20,044 bases of DNA from Aquificaceae bacterium (GTDB lineage: Bacteria; Aquificota; Aquificia; Aquificales; Aquificaceae): contig JAXSMZ010000027.1 of NCBI GenBank assembly GCA_037924335.1, positions 1 through 20,044 of the forward strand, written 5' to 3'. The translations under genes were made by a program, and so were the position numbers. The notes beneath the pieces were generated by a model that was not told where the DNA came from, ran no database searches, and saw only the letters and a list, made by a program, of their open reading frames with translations. Each line of letters opens with the position of its first letter. Position 1 is the stretch's first letter. Below are positions 7,473 to 15,616 of the stretch, piece after piece.

Positions 7473-9792
7473 AAAAGTGCTTCTGGCTTCTGCCCTTTTT
7501 TTAAACCTTTCCTTTGCCCAGACAGTAGAGAGGGTGGAGATAAGAGGTGCCAAGTATGTGCCCGATGAGGTTATAAAGGCTCTTATAGGGATAAAGGAAG
7601 GGATGACCTACACACCCGACTTAGTTAGGGAAGACATAAGAAGACTTTACAGAACTGGTTTCTTTGACAGGATAGAAGTTTACGAAGACAGAGTTGGAGA
7701 TAAAGTGGTTCTTTACTATGATGTGGTTGACCTACCCATCATATACAAGATAGAGTTTGTTGGAAACAAGAAGATAAAGTCTGAGGACCTTGAAAAGAAG
7801 ATAGGCGTTGAAGCTGAGGTAGGTAAAATAGACATAGAGGAGCTTACAAAAGGATACACATCTTCACCAGCCTTGGAAGAAAAGATAGAGGTACAGAAGA
7901 AGCTAAAGCTGGGAAGGGTTCTAAGTCGTGAGGAGATGGAGCTGATAAAGATGAGGATAATCCAAGCTTATGCGAAGGAAGGTTATCCCAAAGTGGAGGT
8001 AAGCTACGAGCTAGTTCCGAAGAAAGGAGCTTCCAAGCTCGTTTACCATATAGTGGAGGGTTCTCCAGAGTACGTATCCTCTATAGCCTTCAGGGGAAAC
8101 ATGTCTTTCAGAAGTGGCAGGCTTTTGGACCAGATGACTACAAAGCCACCAAGCTTACTTGCTTTGAGATTCCATCCACCCTTTAGCGAGGATGTGCTCA
8201 AGGATGATATAAAAAAACTGGAAGAGTTTTACAGGTCGGAAGGTTTCTTGGATGTTAAGATAAACTACAGGGTCAAGAAGAGAGATTCTAAGTACAATGT
8301 AGAGATAGACATAGAAGAGGGCAAGAGGTACAGCCTTGGAAGTCTAAAGATAGAAGGTAATACTCTCTTTTCTTACAAGGAGCTGGTAAGAGACATCTTA
8401 AAGAAGAACAGAGGCGGTTACTACAGGGAAGAGGTTATAAACAGCGTAGTTGACAACATAAAAAGAGAGTACTCCTCCATAGGATTTTTAAACGTTGCCG
8501 TATCAAAGGATGAGAGCGTAGATGAGAAGAAGAAGTCCGTTAATGTGGTGCTAAAGATAGAAGAAGGAGAGCCTGTTCACATAGAAAGGGTTAGCGTAAG
8601 AGGAAATTACGAAACTCGGGATTACGTAATAAGAAGGGAAATGAGAGTTCAAGAAGGTGAGCTTGCCAACGAGAAAGAGATCGAGCGATCAAGGACTAGA
8701 ATATTCAACCTTGGATATTACGAAGATGTATCCATAGAGCCTTTTCCATCTTCGAACAGCAGATGGAATTTGGACGTCAACGTTAGGGAAAGGTTCACGG
8801 GTCAGTTCTCAGTAGGTTTGGGCTATAACCAGGTTACAAAGATATCTGGGTTTGTCTCTTTGAGGAAGGGCAACTTTTTGGGTACTGGTGATATAGCTGG
8901 CATTTCTGTATCTTACGGTAGCAGATACAAAGACAACTCAATCTCTTACACAAAAAAGTGGTTTTTGAACAAACCCATAGATTTGAGCGGCTCCCTTTAC
9001 GATAGAAGGATAGAGTATACTACGTACACCGTATCAAGGACAGGGCTTGATTTTATAGCCTCCAGAGAGTTTGCCGAGTTTTGGAAAGCGAGCGCTGGCT
9101 TTAGCATACAAAGGGTAAAGTACTCGGACATATCACAAGATGCATCACCCATAGTAAAGCAGGAAGCCGGGACAAGGCAGTCTAGAAAGCTTCTCTTTGG
9201 TCTGACCAGGGACACAAGGGATAACTATCTATTCCCAACGAAGGGGTCTCTTACGGAGCTTAGCTACTCTGTGGCGGTGCCAGTGCTTGGTGGTACGGAG
9301 AGGTTCAACAAGGTTACACTTTCAGCTCAAAAGTTCTTAAAAGACAGATGGCTTGATACTGGACTGATACTATCTTTGAAAGGCGTTGTTGGTATGGTAG
9401 AGCCTTACGGTGGGAAGAGTGTTCCCCTTGACGAGAGGTTCTTTGTTGGTGGAGACTTTACCATAAGGGGTTACAAATATGGGTATGCTGGGCCCCTTGA
9501 CCCAAACACCAACGACCCCATAGGTGGGAAAAAGGAGCTCATACTTTCTGCAGAGCTTAACTATCCTATATACAAAAACATACTCTACGGTGCCATCTTT
9601 TACGATACAGGCTTGGGAGCAAACGATTGGAAGGAGTTTAAACCCCAAAACCTTCGCGGTGGATATGGAATTGGCATTAGGTTCATAACGCCCTTTGCAC
9701 CCATAAAGCTTGATTGGGCTTTCAAAACAAAGAAGGTGCCTGGAGACACATCAAGGTCCAAGCTTCACTTTGTGCTTGGGGTCTTCTTCTGA
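7456..9792 (+). CDS. bamA: outer membrane protein assembly factor BamA
   Basis: Signal peptide, POTRA repeats (GNYETRDYVIRRE), barrel motifs FFVGG..IRGY and TPFAPIKLDWA, and a C-terminal Phe. Confidence 0.93.
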   Translation: MSYLFRKVLLASALFLNLSFAQTVERVEIRGAKYVPDEVIKALIGIKEGMTYTPDLVREDIRRLYRTGFFDRIEVYEDRVGDKVVLYYDVVDLPIIYKIEFVGNKKIKSEDLEKKIGVEAEVGKIDIEELTKGYTSSPALEEKIEVQKKLKLGRVLSREEMELIKMRIIQAYAKEGYPKVEVSYELVPKKGASKLVYHIVEGSPEYVSSIAFRGNMSFRSGRLLDQMTTKPPSLLALRFHPPFSEDVLKDDIKKLEEFYRSEGFLDVKINYRVKKRDSKYNVEIDIEEGKRYSLGSLKIEGNTLFSYKELVRDILKKNRGGYYREEVINSVVDNIKREYSSIGFLNVAVSKDESVDEKKKSVNVVLKIEEGEPVHIERVSVRGNYETRDYVIRREMRVQEGELANEKEIERSRTRIFNLGYYEDVSIEPFPSSNSRWNLDVNVRERFTGQFSVGLGYNQVTKISGFVSLRKGNFLGTGDIAGISVSYGSRYKDNSISYTKKWFLNKPIDLSGSLYDRRIEYTTYTVSRTGLDFIASREFAEFWKASAGFSIQRVKYSDISQDASPIVKQEAGTRQSRKLLFGLTRDTRDNYLFPTKGSLTELSYSVAVPVLGGTERFNKVTLSAQKFLKDRWLDTGLILSLKGVVGMVEPYGGKSVPLDERFFVGGDFTIRGYKYGYAGPLDPNTNDPIGGKKELILSAELNYPIYKNILYGAIFYDTGLGANDWKEFKPQNLRGGYGIGIRFITPFAPIKLDWAFKTKKVPGDTSRSKLHFVLGVFF

Positions 9793-10589
9793 TGGTGGCA
9801 AGGGTCTTAACCATTGCGGGTTCAGACAGTGGTGGTGGTGCAGGGATTCAGGCAGACCTAAAAACCTTCACAGCCTTGGGAGTTTATGGTATGAGCGCCA
9901 TAACTTCCATAACTGCACAGAATACTGTAGGAGTCTTTGATGTGTATCCTATACCTCCCAGTACTGTTTACGAACAGATAAAGGTAGTTTGCGAGGATAT
10001 AGGAGTGGATGCAGCAAAAACGGGCATGCTTTTAAGTGCAGACATAGTAAGGTCAGTGGCAAAGGCAGTAAGGGACTTTAAGATAGAGAAGCTGGTGGTA
10101 GACCCTGTGATGATATCCAAGACAGGAGCTCAGCTTTTAAAAAAGGATGCTGTTGATGTTTTAAAGGAAGAGCTATTTCCCTTGGCACTTACCTTGACCC
10201 CAAACGTGCCAGAAGCTGAGTATCTCTGCGGTTTTAAGATAGACAGCTTGGAGCTTATGGAAAAGGCTTGCAAATTCATACGTTCCTTCGGATGTGAATA
10301 CGTTCTGGTTAAGGGGGGTCATATGGAGGGAGAGTTCTCCATAGATGTCCTTTACGACGGTAAGAGCTTTGAGTATTTAAAGGGAAGGTTCATTAAAACC
10401 AAGAACACCCATGGAACAGGATGCACTTTCTCAGCCGCCATAAGTTCTTACCTTGCAAAGGGCTTTGATGTCAAATCTTCTGTAAAAAAAGCTAAGGATT
10501 ACATACAGGGTGCCATACAGAACAGCTTAAACATAGGGCATGGTTATGGACCGCTGAACCATATGTGGCTATTCTACAGCAGGTTGTAA
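9792..10589 (+). CDS. thiD: hydroxymethylpyrimidine/phosphomethylpyrimidine kinase
   Basis: LTIAGSDSGGGAGIQADLKT, VVDPVM and THGTGCT motifs. The ATG overlaps the bamA TGA. Confidence 0.95.
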   Translation: MVARVLTIAGSDSGGGAGIQADLKTFTALGVYGMSAITSITAQNTVGVFDVYPIPPSTVYEQIKVVCEDIGVDAAKTGMLLSADIVRSVAKAVRDFKIEKLVVDPVMISKTGAQLLKKDAVDVLKEELFPLALTLTPNVPEAEYLCGFKIDSLELMEKACKFIRSFGCEYVLVKGGHMEGEFSIDVLYDGKSFEYLKGRFIKTKNTHGTGCTFSAAISSYLAKGFDVKSSVKKAKDYIQGAIQNSLNIGHGYGPLNHMWLFYSRL

Positions 10590-10600
10590 AATATTCTCCA

Positions 10601-11761
10601 ATGGCAAAGGTGCTTCTTGGCGTTTCATCCAGCATAGCAATTTACAAAGCCTGTGAACTTGTGAGAAGCCTAAGAAAGAGCGGTCATGAAGTGAAGGTAG
10701 TGATGAGCCCTTTTTCGGAGAGGTTGATCAAAAGGCTGTGCTTTGAAGCCCTATCTGGTAACAAAGCTTACACAGAATGGGAGGATGACCCACTGCTTCA
10801 CATAAACCTACCAAGATGGAGCGACCTTTTTCTAATTGCACCCTGCAGTGTAAACACACTTTCCAAGATAGCCTTAGGAATAGGTGATAACCTTTTGACC
10901 ACCTGCGCCCTTTCTCACAAGGGAATCCTCATGGTCGCTCCTGCTGGGAATGTGGAGATGTATAAAAATCCTGCAGTTCAGGAAAACCTTGAAAAACTAA
11001 GGAAAAGAGGCGTGATAATAATAGAACCAGAAGAGGGTAAATTGCTTTGTGAAGAGGAAGGGCAAGGAAGGCTTGCAGGTGAAGAGAGGATTCTTGACTG
11101 GGTTGAGTATTCCCTAAGACCCAAACACCTTTTGGGAAAGAAGGTCCTTATAACATGTGGTGCCACAAGAGAATACATAGACAGCGTCAGGTTTTTGTCC
11201 AATTCATCGAGCGGCAGGATGGGATTTTCTCTTGCCAGAGTGTTCAGGTGGTATGGTGCAAGCGTGAAGGTAGTAGCGGGTTTTACAACTGCAGAAGATC
11301 CTCCAGAGGTGGAGTTAATAAGGGTAGTTTCTTCAGAGGATATGTACAAAAAGGTTATGGAAATGTACCATTGGGCAGATGTTGTCGTTATGAACGCAGC
11401 AGTATCGGACTTTACACCGGAGGAAAGGTTTTTAGGAAAGATAAAGAAGGGAGAGAGACTAACCCTAAACTTCAAAAGGACAAGGGATATTCTCACTGAA
11501 CTTGGGAAAAGAGACAAGAAGTTTCTTGTGGGTTTTGCTCTTGAGGAGGAAAAACATCTTTTAAAAAATGCATGGGATAAGCTAAGGAGTAAAAACTTAG
11601 ATGTACTTGTGGCAAACCCCGTTGATGTAATGGAAAGCCAGAGTTTTAGGGGATTTTTGCTCTACAAGGATTCAAGAGAAGAAAAGATCGAAGCTACACA
11701 CAAGCTACAAGCTGCAGAGCTGATAGTTCAAAGACTTTTACCTTACCTGAGAACTTTTTAG
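10601..11761 (+). CDS. coaBC: bifunctional phosphopantothenoylcysteine decarboxylase/ligase
   Basis: SIAIYKA, HINL, GATREYIDSVRFLSNSSSGRMG, AAVSDF and VGFALE motifs. Start moved to ATG 10601. Confidence 0.95.
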   Translation: MAKVLLGVSSSIAIYKACELVRSLRKSGHEVKVVMSPFSERLIKRLCFEALSGNKAYTEWEDDPLLHINLPRWSDLFLIAPCSVNTLSKIALGIGDNLLTTCALSHKGILMVAPAGNVEMYKNPAVQENLEKLRKRGVIIIEPEEGKLLCEEEGQGRLAGEERILDWVEYSLRPKHLLGKKVLITCGATREYIDSVRFLSNSSSGRMGFSLARVFRWYGASVKVVAGFTTAEDPPEVELIRVVSSEDMYKKVMEMYHWADVVVMNAAVSDFTPEERFLGKIKKGERLTLNFKRTRDILTELGKRDKKFLVGFALEEEKHLLKNAWDKLRSKNLDVLVANPVDVMESQSFRGFLLYKDSREEKIEATHKLQAAELIVQRLLPYLRTF

Positions 11762-11849
11762 TTATATCTGAACCATACAGGATGTAAAGTTTTTTATAGA
11801 ATTCTGTTGTATGCTTCATATAGTTTTTTCATATAATTTTCCATACCAA

Positions 11850-12114
11850 ACGCCGAGTGAGAAATTCAAGAAAGCTCAGATACAAGCCTATCAATAAAAA
11901 GAGGCAGTAGGACTATAATTATTAGTCCTACAACCCTTAGGAGGTTATAACGTGGATATTTACTAACTTACATGTCCATCTAAAACAAAATCCTTCAAGA
12001 CTTCTTAAATGTGCCAAGAAATTAGCTCAACTTGAAAAGGACACAGAAGATAAAGAGGTATAGGAGAATGAGGTGAAGGAACAACGGCAGAATGCCTAAT
12101 TTCTCACCCGGCGT
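11850..12114. mobile_element. 265-bp MITE-like element bounded by 17-bp terminal inverted repeats
   Basis: ACGCCGAGTGAGAAATT (11850-11866) matches the reverse complement of AATTTCTCACCCGGCGT (12098-12114) at 16/17. No intact ORF inside and no clear TSD. Confidence 0.6.
11907..11931. repeat. 9-7-9 inverted repeat GTAGGACTA-TAATTAT-TAGTCCTAC
   Basis: Perfect 9-bp arms overlapping a TATAAT, followed by GGAGG at 11940-11944. Confidence 0.6.
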
Positions 12115-12135
12115 ATTAGAAACTAATCACTGAAT

Positions 12136-12173
12136 ATATAGAAGTTTATAAACGCATATAGAAGTTTAGAAAC
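12136..12173 (+). repeat. tandem direct repeat ATATAGAAGTTTA(T/G)AAAC x2 with 20-bp period
   Basis: Copies at 12136-12153 and 12156-12173 match at 17/18. Confidence 0.75.
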
Positions 12174-12184
12174 ATAAAGACCCC

Positions 12185-12212
12185 TTGACACTTTTGGTTG
12201 TATGGATATGTT
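12185..12212 (+). promoter_or_regulatory. sigma70-type promoter directly upstream of the stand-alone omega-RNA
   Basis: TTGACA (12185-12190), 16-nt spacer, TATGTT (12207-12212). Confidence 0.6.
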
Positions 12213-12213
12213 A

Positions 12214-12333
12214 TGAATGTGGATATCAGGACAAGATGAACCGCGTAGGTGCGCGGTTCACAAGGGAGCTTATAGTCCCCTTGCCTGCTAAACCTCATTC
12301 TGTGGAATATTTTTCTATGGGATGAGGAACTAT
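12214..12333 (+). ncRNA. stand-alone putative omega-RNA scaffold, family A copy 2
   Basis: Identical to 5-124, with no tnpB coding sequence upstream (in-frame stop at 12167-12169). Confidence 0.7.
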
Positions 12334-12358
12334 AAAATAATAATACATAAACTTGTCT

Positions 12359-12453
12359 GGCATAGACAGTAATCTATGCCCTACCGTTGGACCGACGGGA
12401 AGTTAAGCCCCCACAAGGGGAAGCTCCTCATTTGAGTGAGGAGAGGAGGTCAC
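12359..12453 (+). mobile_element. about 95-bp non-autonomous IS200/IS605 mini-element (PATE-like)
   Basis: Hairpin GGCATAGA-N6-TCTATGCC (12359-12380), then TACCGTTGGACCGACGGGAAGTTAAGCC...GGAAG, hairpin CTCCTCA/TGAGGAG (12424-12443) and terminal GGTCAC. The layout matches the right end at 5136-5262. Confidence 0.68.
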
Positions 12454-12631
12454 TACTAACCATGCTTCCATAGCTACATTTATATCCTTTTGGTGGAGAA
12501 GCAGGAGTTCTAGAGTTAAGACAAGTTTAAAGCCAGCCTTCGCAGCTCCAAGATTTTTTCTCCGTTGACATTCTATCGATAACCCAACAAGTTTTTATTT
12601 TGTCGTACCAAACCATTGAATGTTTTCTTGC

Positions 12632-14224
12632 TTATATTATGACTTGTTTGGCAAAGATTATCTCGGGAAGCTTCTTTATCTCCTCCATAACCTCCTGAGG
12701 CACTGGATCATCAAGGTTTAAGATGCCAAGGGCTATTCCACCCCTTTTCTCCCTTCCCAACCTGAAACCAGCTATGTTTACACCAGCTCTACCAAGTATG
12801 GAACCTATCTTTCCAATTACACCTGGTACGTCTTTGTTTTCAAAGAGAAGCATTATACCCTCTGGCTCCACATCAACTCTGTAACCATCTATTTGGAATA
12901 TTCTGGGTATATGGCCTTCCAGCAGTGAACCGACCATTACCTTTTCAGAACTGTCCGATTTAACAACAACCTTTATATAATGCTTGAAGTCTTCCGTTTC
13001 TTCAGAGGTTAGCTCCTCGACCTTTATACCCCTGTCCTTTGCTACATAGAAGGCGTTTATTATGTTTACTGGAAAATCCACTATCTCACGAAGCATGCCC
13101 ATAAGCACGGCTGAAGAAACAGGATGAAAATGCTGTGCTATATCCCCCCTAACTTCCACATGAACTTCTCTTATCCCTTCCTCAGACCATTGAACCAAAA
13201 ATTTCCCCATCTTTTCTGCAAGGTCAAGATGTGGTTTTATGAGCGTCAGGACGGAGAGGTCTGGAAAGGGGGCGTTCACTACATACTCTACAGTCAATCC
13301 TCTGAGAGCCTTTATGACCTGCTGGGTTATTATAACAGCCACATTCTCTTGTGATTCGTAAGTGTTGGCGCCTATGTGTGGAGAGAGGGACACGTTTGGA
13401 AACCTCTTTAGCCTTTCAATAAACTCATAGTTTGGTGGTTCCTTTGAAAATACGTCCAAGCCAACGCCCGAAAGTTTACCCTTTTCCAATGCATGTATGA
13501 GGTCATCATCGCTGACTATTCCACCCCTTGCACAGTTTATCAAAACTGCTCCATCTTTCATCAATTCAAACTCCCTTTTGGTTATCATGTTCTTAGTCTC
13601 GTGGGTCAAGGGAGTATGTATGGTTAGCACGTCCACCTGCTTTAGAAGTTCATGGAGGTTTTCAAGGAGCCTTACTCCAAGCTTTTCTGCCTTTTCCTTC
13701 GGTATGTATGGGTCATAAGCCAAAACTTTCATGCCAAAGGCCTTTGCTCTTATGGCAACCTGTGATCCTATGTTCCCGAGCCCTATTATTCCCAAAACTT
13801 TACCGTAAAGCTCCCTTCCCATGAACTTTTTCCTATCCCATCTTCCCTCAAGCAGGGACTGATGGGCCATATGCATGTTCCTCACCACGTTTAGAATATG
13901 GCTAATGGTTAACTCTGTAGCTCCTATGGTATTCGCTCCAGGTGTGTTTATAACAAGTATGCCTTTCATAGAGGCGCTTTCTATATCTACGTTATCCACA
14001 CCTACACCAGCCCTCCCTATAACCTTGAGATTTTCAGCCCTATCTATGAGCTCCTTTGTTATCGGTGTTCTGCTTCTCGTAATTATAGAGTCATAGTTTC
14101 CTACAACCTCCAAAAGCTCCTCATAGGATATATCTGGTTGGTTATCCACCTCAATATCTGGTTCTCTGACAAGAAGTTCTATGCCTTTTTCGGATATAGG
14201 GTCTGTTATGAGCACTCTAAACAT
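12632..14224 (-). CDS. serA: D-3-phosphoglycerate dehydrogenase
   Basis: RAGVGVDNVD, GLGNIG, INCARGG and SPHIGANT motifs with C-terminal ASB/ACT domains. Confidence 0.96.
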   Translation of the reverse strand: MFRVLITDPISEKGIELLVREPDIEVDNQPDISYEELLEVVGNYDSIITRSRTPITKELIDRAENLKVIGRAGVGVDNVDIESASMKGILVINTPGANTIGATELTISHILNVVRNMHMAHQSLLEGRWDRKKFMGRELYGKVLGIIGLGNIGSQVAIRAKAFGMKVLAYDPYIPKEKAEKLGVRLLENLHELLKQVDVLTIHTPLTHETKNMITKREFELMKDGAVLINCARGGIVSDDDLIHALEKGKLSGVGLDVFSKEPPNYEFIERLKRFPNVSLSPHIGANTYESQENVAVIITQQVIKALRGLTVEYVVNAPFPDLSVLTLIKPHLDLAEKMGKFLVQWSEEGIREVHVEVRGDIAQHFHPVSSAVLMGMLREIVDFPVNIINAFYVAKDRGIKVEELTSEETEDFKHYIKVVVKSDSSEKVMVGSLLEGHIPRIFQIDGYRVDVEPEGIMLLFENKDVPGVIGKIGSILGRAGVNIAGFRLGREKRGGIALGILNLDDPVPQEVMEEIKKLPEIIFAKQVII

Positions 14225-14234
14225 TACTTCCTCC

Positions 14235-14876
14235 TTATTTAATTATAGCATTGGCCAAGCTTTTTATTTCTTCCATTATGAGGTTTGAAACCTCCTTATA
14301 TCCTTTCAAGCTATCGTCTAAATATGTGTACACTTTTGGTTTTCCAATAAAAACTGATATTTTCTTTCCAAAGGATGGGAAATGCCTTCCCCTTGGGAGA
14401 ACATCATCGCTCCCATGGATGTAGACTGGCACCACTGGCTTTTTAGTCTTTACAGCTATATAGCCAACTCCTAGCTTTGGCTTTAGGAATTCACCGCTGT
14501 TGGCTCTTGTCCCCTCAGGGAAGATGCAGACATTGCAACCTCTGTTTAAAAGCTTCATAACAAGCTCAAGGGCTTTTATGTCTCCAGACCCTCTCCTTAT
14601 GGGCAGAGCTCCAAGGTGTGGCAGAAGATAACCAAAAGGGGGTCTAAAGAGCTCCTCCTTGGCAAGGAAGATAAGATGCTTTGGAAAAACTGAGTTAAGA
14701 ATAGGAGGGTCAAGATAGCTTCTATGATTGGAAGCCACTATATAGTTACCCTTTGGAAGGTTTTCAAGCCCGTAAACGGATACCCTAAGGAGGTTTTTAA
14801 ACAATGTTTTCACAAGGGGACAAAGGGGAGCCAAAAAGATTTTAGAAAATGGGCTTATAGGACAATTATAGGACAT
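14235..14876 (-). CDS. plsC: 1-acyl-sn-glycerol-3-phosphate acyltransferase
   Basis: NHRSYLD (HX4D), FLAKEELF and FPEGTR motifs. Confidence 0.9.
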   Translation of the reverse strand: MSYNCPISPFSKIFLAPLCPLVKTLFKNLLRVSVYGLENLPKGNYIVASNHRSYLDPPILNSVFPKHLIFLAKEELFRPPFGYLLPHLGALPIRRGSGDIKALELVMKLLNRGCNVCIFPEGTRANSGEFLKPKLGVGYIAVKTKKPVVPVYIHGSDDVLPRGRHFPSFGKKISVFIGKPKVYTYLDDSLKGYKEVSNLIMEEIKSLANAIIK

Positions 14877-15616
14877 CTTACGCTCCTTATAAGATGCTGG
14901 GATACGCTGCCTATGGCCTGGGCCAAACCCTTTCCCCTTTTACTGACCAATGTAAGATCGTATCCTTCCGTGTTTATGTGATCGGATAGTCCTTTGTAAG
15001 GGTCTCCTTCTATCAGATAAAGAGGGAGGTCTACGTCCCCAAAGCTCTCTTTAAAAAGGTGAAAGGCTTCATCCTTTCTATCTTCTAATATCCTTCTGTA
15101 CTCGTCCTCCGACATTTTGCCCTTTAGCCTCTTTACGTTTAGAGCATAAACAAGCTTTGTTTCTATAGGGAATACTTCCTTCATCATGCTTGCAAAACTC
15201 AACTGTCTTATAGACCTCTCTGAAAAGTCAACAGGTAGACAAACTTTTGATATGTCTTTGGTACAACCGTCTTTGTAAACCCATAGCTTCAAACCTGGAA
15301 CTAGGTTTATTATCCTATCGGCTAGGGATTTTCTCAAAAGATACCTCTTGTATCTGAGAAAAACCATATCTACTTCCATGTTAAGGAAAAGATCCCTTGC
15401 TACCTGCTCAATGTTTTGGGATGTGGCATGTATCCGAGCCTTTTTAAAGTATCTGTTTACGAGCTTTTCCACATCAAGCCTTTTACCTTTCAAGAAACCT
15501 TCTGTATGAACAACGATGGGTTCGACGTTAAGCTTTTTTATAATGTTAGATGTATAGTCTAAAAATTCATCCTCCTTTGTATCAAGGGTGATGTAAACGG
15601 CTGGCTTTTCTATCAT
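14855..15616 (-). CDS. universal stress protein family protein (tandem domain)
   Basis: KVCLPVDFSERS, EGDP and IGSVSQHLIRSVRCPIIVL are typical USP motifs. Confidence 0.85.
   Translation of the reverse strand: MIEKPAVYITLDTKEDEFLDYTSNIIKKLNVEPIVVHTEGFLKGKRLDVEKLVNRYFKKARIHATSQNIEQVARDLFLNMEVDMVFLRYKRYLLRKSLADRIINLVPGLKLWVYKDGCTKDISKVCLPVDFSERSIRQLSFASMMKEVFPIETKLVYALNVKRLKGKMSEDEYRRILEDRKDEAFHLFKESFGDVDLPLYLIEGDPYKGLSDHINTEGYDLTLVSKRGKGLAQAIGSVSQHLIRSVRCPIIVL

Noticed and set aside
10978..11517. 179-aa antisense ORF and the other short antisense or alternate-frame ORFs in the track (e.g. 1177-1611, 6805-7128, 15994-16305)
   Set aside because: They overlap well-supported housekeeping genes and have no recognisable motifs.
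11907..11931. Palindrome as a host PerR/Fur or Rrf2 operator
   Set aside because: The resemblance is only partial, there is no intact gene downstream, and it lies inside the TIR-bounded element.
12185..12325. TTG-started 46-aa ORF through copy 2 (..ICYECGYQDKMNR..)
   Set aside because: It has no SD, starts within the -35 box, and is explained as a residual tnpB frame.
12454..12631. Possible small gene between the mini-element and serA
   Set aside because: I found no convincing ORF, RBS or structure.
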